DNA of 64,000 nt from Trueperaceae bacterium (GTDB lineage: Bacteria; Deinococcota; Deinococci; Deinococcales; Trueperaceae). A program made the position numbers and the translations under genes. Positions 60,006 to 64,000 of the stretch are shown piece by piece. The stretch spans positions 3,424,001 to 3,488,000 of the forward strand of contig OZ243927.1 of the NCBI GenBank assembly GCA_965213925.1, given 5' to 3'. The notes below the pieces were generated by a model. That model was given only the letters and a program-made list of their open reading frames with translations. It made no database searches and was not told where the DNA came from. Position 1 is the first letter of the stretch. Each line of letters begins with the position of its first letter.

Positions 60006-61238
60006 ATGCCCGACTCCCTCCAGCCCCCGCAAGTTGAGATGTTAGAGCCTCCTAAGCCCGTTCAGCCCGTCGAGAAAGCGCACGCCGAGAGGATGATTCG
60101 CCTAAATGAGGTGACGCAAAGCGTGTTGGACGAGAAAGTCCGGGGCTTTGTCGAGAGCGTCATCAGCTCGCCGCCGCAGAGTGACGCCTTCCAGAGCAAG
60201 GTCGCCGCAGTCCACAACCTCGGCAACGAGGACATACGCGCCGCCTCCTCAGTCTCCAACCGCTTTTTGGAGCGCCCGGCGAGCGCACTTTCGGGCGGGC
60301 TCGACAGCAAGTCGAAGGTCTCCAAGACGCTCATCGACCTGCGTAAGACCGTCGAAGACCTAGACCCCTCGAAGCAGGGTGACCTGTTCGCGCCCAAAAA
60401 GCTCTTTGGTCTCATCCCGGTGGGGAGTAATATTCGCGACTACTTCCTCAAGTACCAGTCCTCGCAGCAACACTTGGGCCAGATTTTGACCTCGCTCTAT
60501 AACGGTCAAGACGAGCTGCGCAAGGACAACGCGACTATCGAGCAGGAGAAGGTCAATTTGTGGGAAGCGATGGAGAAGTTGGAGTCGTATATCTATCTGG
60601 CGCGGAAAGTGGACGAAGCGCTCTTAGCACGTGCGGACAAACTCAAGCGCACCGAGCCCGAAAAAGCCCGCGTGGTTGAAGAGGAGATGCTCTTTTACTT
60701 GCGGCAGAAAGTGCAGGACTTACAGACGCAGCTCGCCGTCTCTATTCAGGGCTATCTAGCGCTCGACATGGTCCGCAAGAACAACTTAGAACTCATCAAG
60801 GGTGTGGACCGCGCCTCGACCACGACGGTGTCGGCGCTGCGCACGGCGGTCATGGTCTCGCAGGGACTGGCAAATCAGAAGCTCGTCTTGGACCAGATAG
60901 ACGCGCTTAACGCGACTACAGGCAATCTCATCGCGTCCACCTCGGCGCTCTTGAGAAAGCAATCCTCGAGCGTACATACGCAGGCGGCTGGAGCGACCGT
61001 GGATGTCGAGCAACTCCAGAAGGCTTTCAATAATGTTTACGCAGCGGTGGACGCGATTTCTGAATACAAGCAGGCAGCTCTAGGCGTGATGCAGCAAACC
61101 GTAGACACGCTCGAAGCGGAGATTGGCAAGTCGAAGACGTATCTGGACCGGGTACGCAATGAGCAGGTGGCGGGGGCGACAGCGGATTTGACGCTCGAGG
61201 TTCCAGACAACGCAGCGGATAACGAACTTAGGCTTTAA
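60006..61238 (+). CDS. Toxic anion resistance protein (TelA family)
   Basis: LRKTVEDLDPS, YQSSQ, QDELRKDN, RKNNLELIKGVDRASTTTVSALRTAV. Confidence 0.9.
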   Translation: MPDSLQPPQVEMLEPPKPVQPVEKAHAERMIRLNEVTQSVLDEKVRGFVESVISSPPQSDAFQSKVAAVHNLGNEDIRAASSVSNRFLERPASALSGGLDSKSKVSKTLIDLRKTVEDLDPSKQGDLFAPKKLFGLIPVGSNIRDYFLKYQSSQQHLGQILTSLYNGQDELRKDNATIEQEKVNLWEAMEKLESYIYLARKVDEALLARADKLKRTEPEKARVVEEEMLFYLRQKVQDLQTQLAVSIQGYLALDMVRKNNLELIKGVDRASTTTVSALRTAVMVSQGLANQKLVLDQIDALNATTGNLIASTSALLRKQSSSVHTQAAGATVDVEQLQKAFNNVYAAVDAISEYKQAALGVMQQTVDTLEAEIGKSKTYLDRVRNEQVAGATADLTLEVPDNAADNELRL

Positions 61239-61393
61239 GGTTTGACAGAGAGATGAGGGTAAGGGGGATAGGGAGAAAAAGCGTTGCCGCCTCTCCCTTT
61301 TCCCTGTCCTTTCAGAAGATACAGTGCAACGCCTTCTTTCTAACTCTCGCGCTCACATCACTTTTAACGAGCTGCGGATAGGAAACAAACACC

Positions 61394-61597
61394 ATGCGCG
61401 TCTTGGCAGGCTCCGAACTCAAGGATTTGGAACCGCTTCTTAGCGACACCAAACGCGAAACGAGGGTGGCGCTCGAGCTTCCCGATAACGAGATGAAAGA
61501 GTCCGTTCAGAACTTTAGCCGTAAGAATACAGATAAGCGCTTGTCGCACGTCAGATTTCGGAGGAGAAATTTGGGAGGAGAAATTTGGGAGGAATGA
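61394..61597 (+). pseudogene. Fragment of a solute-binding/VWA protein typical of TelA loci
   Basis: RVLAGSELKDLEPLL, then degenerate. Confidence 0.45.
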
Positions 61598-61709
61598 CCT
61601 ATTCGTGCAGTAAACTTCTATGACAATATGTACTGAACGGTCAATAGATTGTGGTTCCTTTGATCTCTGCGGAATAACTGCGTATTTCAGCCTAATTTGA
61701 CTATTGATT

Positions 61710-63401
61710 GGCTCTTACGAAAGTTGTGTGGTCAGGCAGCCAGCAGCACCTTTTGCCTGAGCAGGTCAAAGCTAGCGCGTCCATACATCTGCCGCTTGAG
61801 CAACTTGAGCTTAGTAATTTTACCCTCGGTCGGTCCATTGCTCCACGGCAGAGTTAATGCCACTTCGATAGCCGCCTTATCGTTGCTGAAACCTTTCGCC
61901 AAGCGAGCGAGTTCATCAACGCCGCTCGCTCTTTATGGTGTCGCTGAGCCAGCGTTGAAACGCCGCTATAGTTTCATGGGGTGCTCGTTCCTTGCACCTG
62001 AATAGCGCGACGAAGCGTTGCACCAGGTCGTAGCAACGCTCCGCTTCTTGCGCACCCTCGAAGAGCCGCTCGAGTCGTTTGAAATCGTGCTGAGTTAGCG
62101 CCCCTTTTGAGCTTGTAAATAAGCGCGTCGCCTCATACGCCGAATAACGCATGACCCTTTGTCTCTTGTCTGCCCTCGAAAAGTCAATGCCCGCTTCCAA
62201 CTCGGCAAAGTAGGCGTAGACGAGACCATAAGCACCGGTGAAGCCCCGCGCCGTGATCTCCCGGTAGAGCTGCATCTTGTTGCCGATGCCCGCATCCCAT
62301 CTTTGTTTGAGATAGGGTTCGTAGGGCGCTAAGATGCGATTTTTCTGTCTATCAGGATACGTACCCCGAGCAAACCAACGGCTCAGCGTGCTCCTGCCGA
62401 CACCGAGCTTGGCAGCAATCTTAGGAAGACTAAAGCCGTCCGCTTCTAAACGCTTGGCTTCTTCGAAGATGGCTCGGCGTTTGCGGCGCGTCTCGAGCTT
62501 CGCTTGCAGCGCCCTTTCGTAGCTGGTGCGGACGTGAATCTGCTGAGGCACATCGCCGCCAGATTCGTGTCCATCATCAGAAAGCTCAACCAGATACTTT
62601 TTATGGCGCTCGCACCAGCGTTTCAAGAGGTCGCTGAAGTTTTTGAGCAGATGCCAACGGTCGGCGACCTGAACCGCTTGGGGTGCGCCCTCGTCGCAAG
62701 CGGATTTGTATTCCTGAGAGCGATCGCGAGAGATGGTTTCGACGCTAGGATGCGCCTTTAGCCAGTCCACCAGGGTTGCTGAGCTTCTGTCGGGTAGAAC
62801 GTCGACCACTTCGCGTTTTTCCAGGTCAAGCAACAGGGTGCCGTAACTTTCCCGTTTCCGAATAGCAAAATCGTCCACACCCAGCACGCGCGGTGTTGCT
62901 CGTGTCACTAAGCTCTGGGTTCGGACAAGGTCGAGCGCGCTATCGTGGCTCACAGGCATCTCTAACTGTCCGAGCAGGTCTTCGCTCGCTTTAGCGCTTA
63001 GAGAGGTCGCCACACGACGTTGCGCGTCGCTCAAGCGTTTGCTTCTATGTGCGTAACGCGCCAGCCAGGGGTCGAAAGACTCTGCGAACGTTCTTCTCTC
63101 ACAGCAACGATTTAAGCAGTAGAACCGTTTGTCTTTGAGACGCAACTGAACTGTGTGATCAGCCAGGGGCAAATCAGCAGGATGGCGTTGGTAGTAACCA
63201 CTTACCTTGTTTGATAGCGCCTGGCAGAGCGGACAATTCGCCTCCGTTTTACGTGAGCCGTGAGCACCAAACCACCTTCGCGAACTTTGAACGCTTCGAT
63301 GACACACGCTGGAAACAGGATATCGAGCATCCTTCATGCTGTTCGCTAGCCCTTCAAGATGCAAGACCCAACCCAGTTCCCACAATTCTTTCGTAAGAGC
63401 C
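61710..63401 (-). mobile_element. ISL3-family insertion sequence (degenerate)
   Basis: Terminal inverted repeats GGCTCTTACGAAAG at 61710 and 63401. Confidence 0.85.
61732..63330 (-). pseudogene. ISL3 transposase with frameshifts near 63250 and 61925
   Basis: CPLC, VLGVDDFA, QVADRWHL, WSNGPTEG..TKLKLLKRQMYGRA. Confidence 0.85.
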
Positions 63402-63464
63402 ATCAAGTGCCCAAATTAGATGGTATACGCAATAATGGAAAGGCTCGGGTGCGTAGCGTCCTTG

Positions 63465-63490
63465 TGCAACGAACGCGCGCGTTAAACGCA
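63465..63490. repeat. GCGCGC-core dyad site 17
   Basis: (cttg)tgca-acga-ac-GCGCGC-gt-taaa-cgca(gaag). Confidence 0.85.
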
Positions 63491-63492
63491 GA

Positions 63493-63538
63493 AGGGTGTG
63501 CGCTTGGCTGGAAAAGTATCCAGCCAAGCGCACACCCT
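63493..63538 (-). terminator. 20-bp stem-loop downstream of the SDR gene
   Basis: agggtgtgcgcttggctgga / tccagccaagcgcacaccct. Confidence 0.65.
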
Positions 63539-63562
63539 CTTCAAACTTTTCGGTCTGCTAGC

Positions 63563-64000
63563 TTAGAGCTGACTCATCCCACCATCCGCCGCAATTTCGG
63601 TGCCGAGGATGAACGAGGCGTCGTCCGAGGCTAGAAAGGTGACGACCTTAGCGATCTCTTGGGACGTGCCAAAGCGCTTCATCGGAATCTGCTCTAAGAT
63701 GCCTGCCGCCATCCCTTGTATTTGCGCCTCATCCATACCCAGCTTGCCGTAGAAGGGCGTTTCCACAGGACCGGGGCTTACCGCGTTCACCCGGATGTTT
63801 CTAGACAGGAGTTCCGCCGACACGGTGCGGATGAGGCTGAGTAGCGCGGCCTTGCTCGCGGCGTAAACCGTGGTCATGGGCATCCCGATATGAGCGTTGA
63901 TCGAGGTGTTGAGCACGATGGACGCGCCATCGTTCATGTGGGGAAGCGCTTTCTGGATGGTGAAGTACGCGCCTTTGAAGTTGACGTCCATGATCCTATC
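63563..64000 (-). CDS. Short-chain dehydrogenase/reductase (5' part outside the window)
   Basis: YAASK, IRVNAVSPGPVET, FLASDDASFILG. Confidence 0.9.
   Translation of the reverse strand, partial: DRIMDVNFKGAYFTIQKALPHMNDGASIVLNTSINAHIGMPMTTVYAASKAALLSLIRTVSAELLSRNIRVNAVSPGPVETPFYGKLGMDEAQIQGMAAGILEQIPMKRFGTSQEIAKVVTFLASDDASFILGTEIAADGGMSQL

Noticed and set aside
363..63490. Dyads as CRISPR repeats or classical integron attC sites
   Set aside because: Spacing is 0.8-10 kb with genes in between and there are no cas genes. The sites are too short and lack the RYYYAAC...GTTRRRY box architecture; no intI is present; cargo has its own promoters and both orientations.

Overview
High-GC bacterial accessory region; the style suggests Deinococcota/Trueperaceae (inference only). 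It contains small stress, detoxification and regulatory gene units, two toxin-antitoxin-like pairs, many pseudogenes, an ISL3 remnant and two copies of a 3,267-bp group II twintron. The main unexplained structure is a 26-bp dyad, consensus TGCR-NNN-RWY-GCGCGC-RWY-NNN-YGCA, found 17 times at gene-unit boundaries. These dyads cut the window into self-contained modules of about 0.8-10 kb (regulator plus target, TA pairs, operons) in either orientation. At least 8 dyads have a second, degenerate dyad exactly 35 bp to one side, and the same half-sites recur in different combinations. This looks like a cassette array delimited by recombination sites, but no recombinase is encoded in the window. Both twintron copies interrupt such a dyad, and the outer intron's EBS1/EBS2 are complementary to it. 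The outer intron is an ORF-deleted chloroplast-like (IIB) intron. Its catalytic domain V is split by an LtrA-like, RT-encoding intron whose own EBS sequences match domain V. All calls come from reading motifs by eye; no database searches were run.
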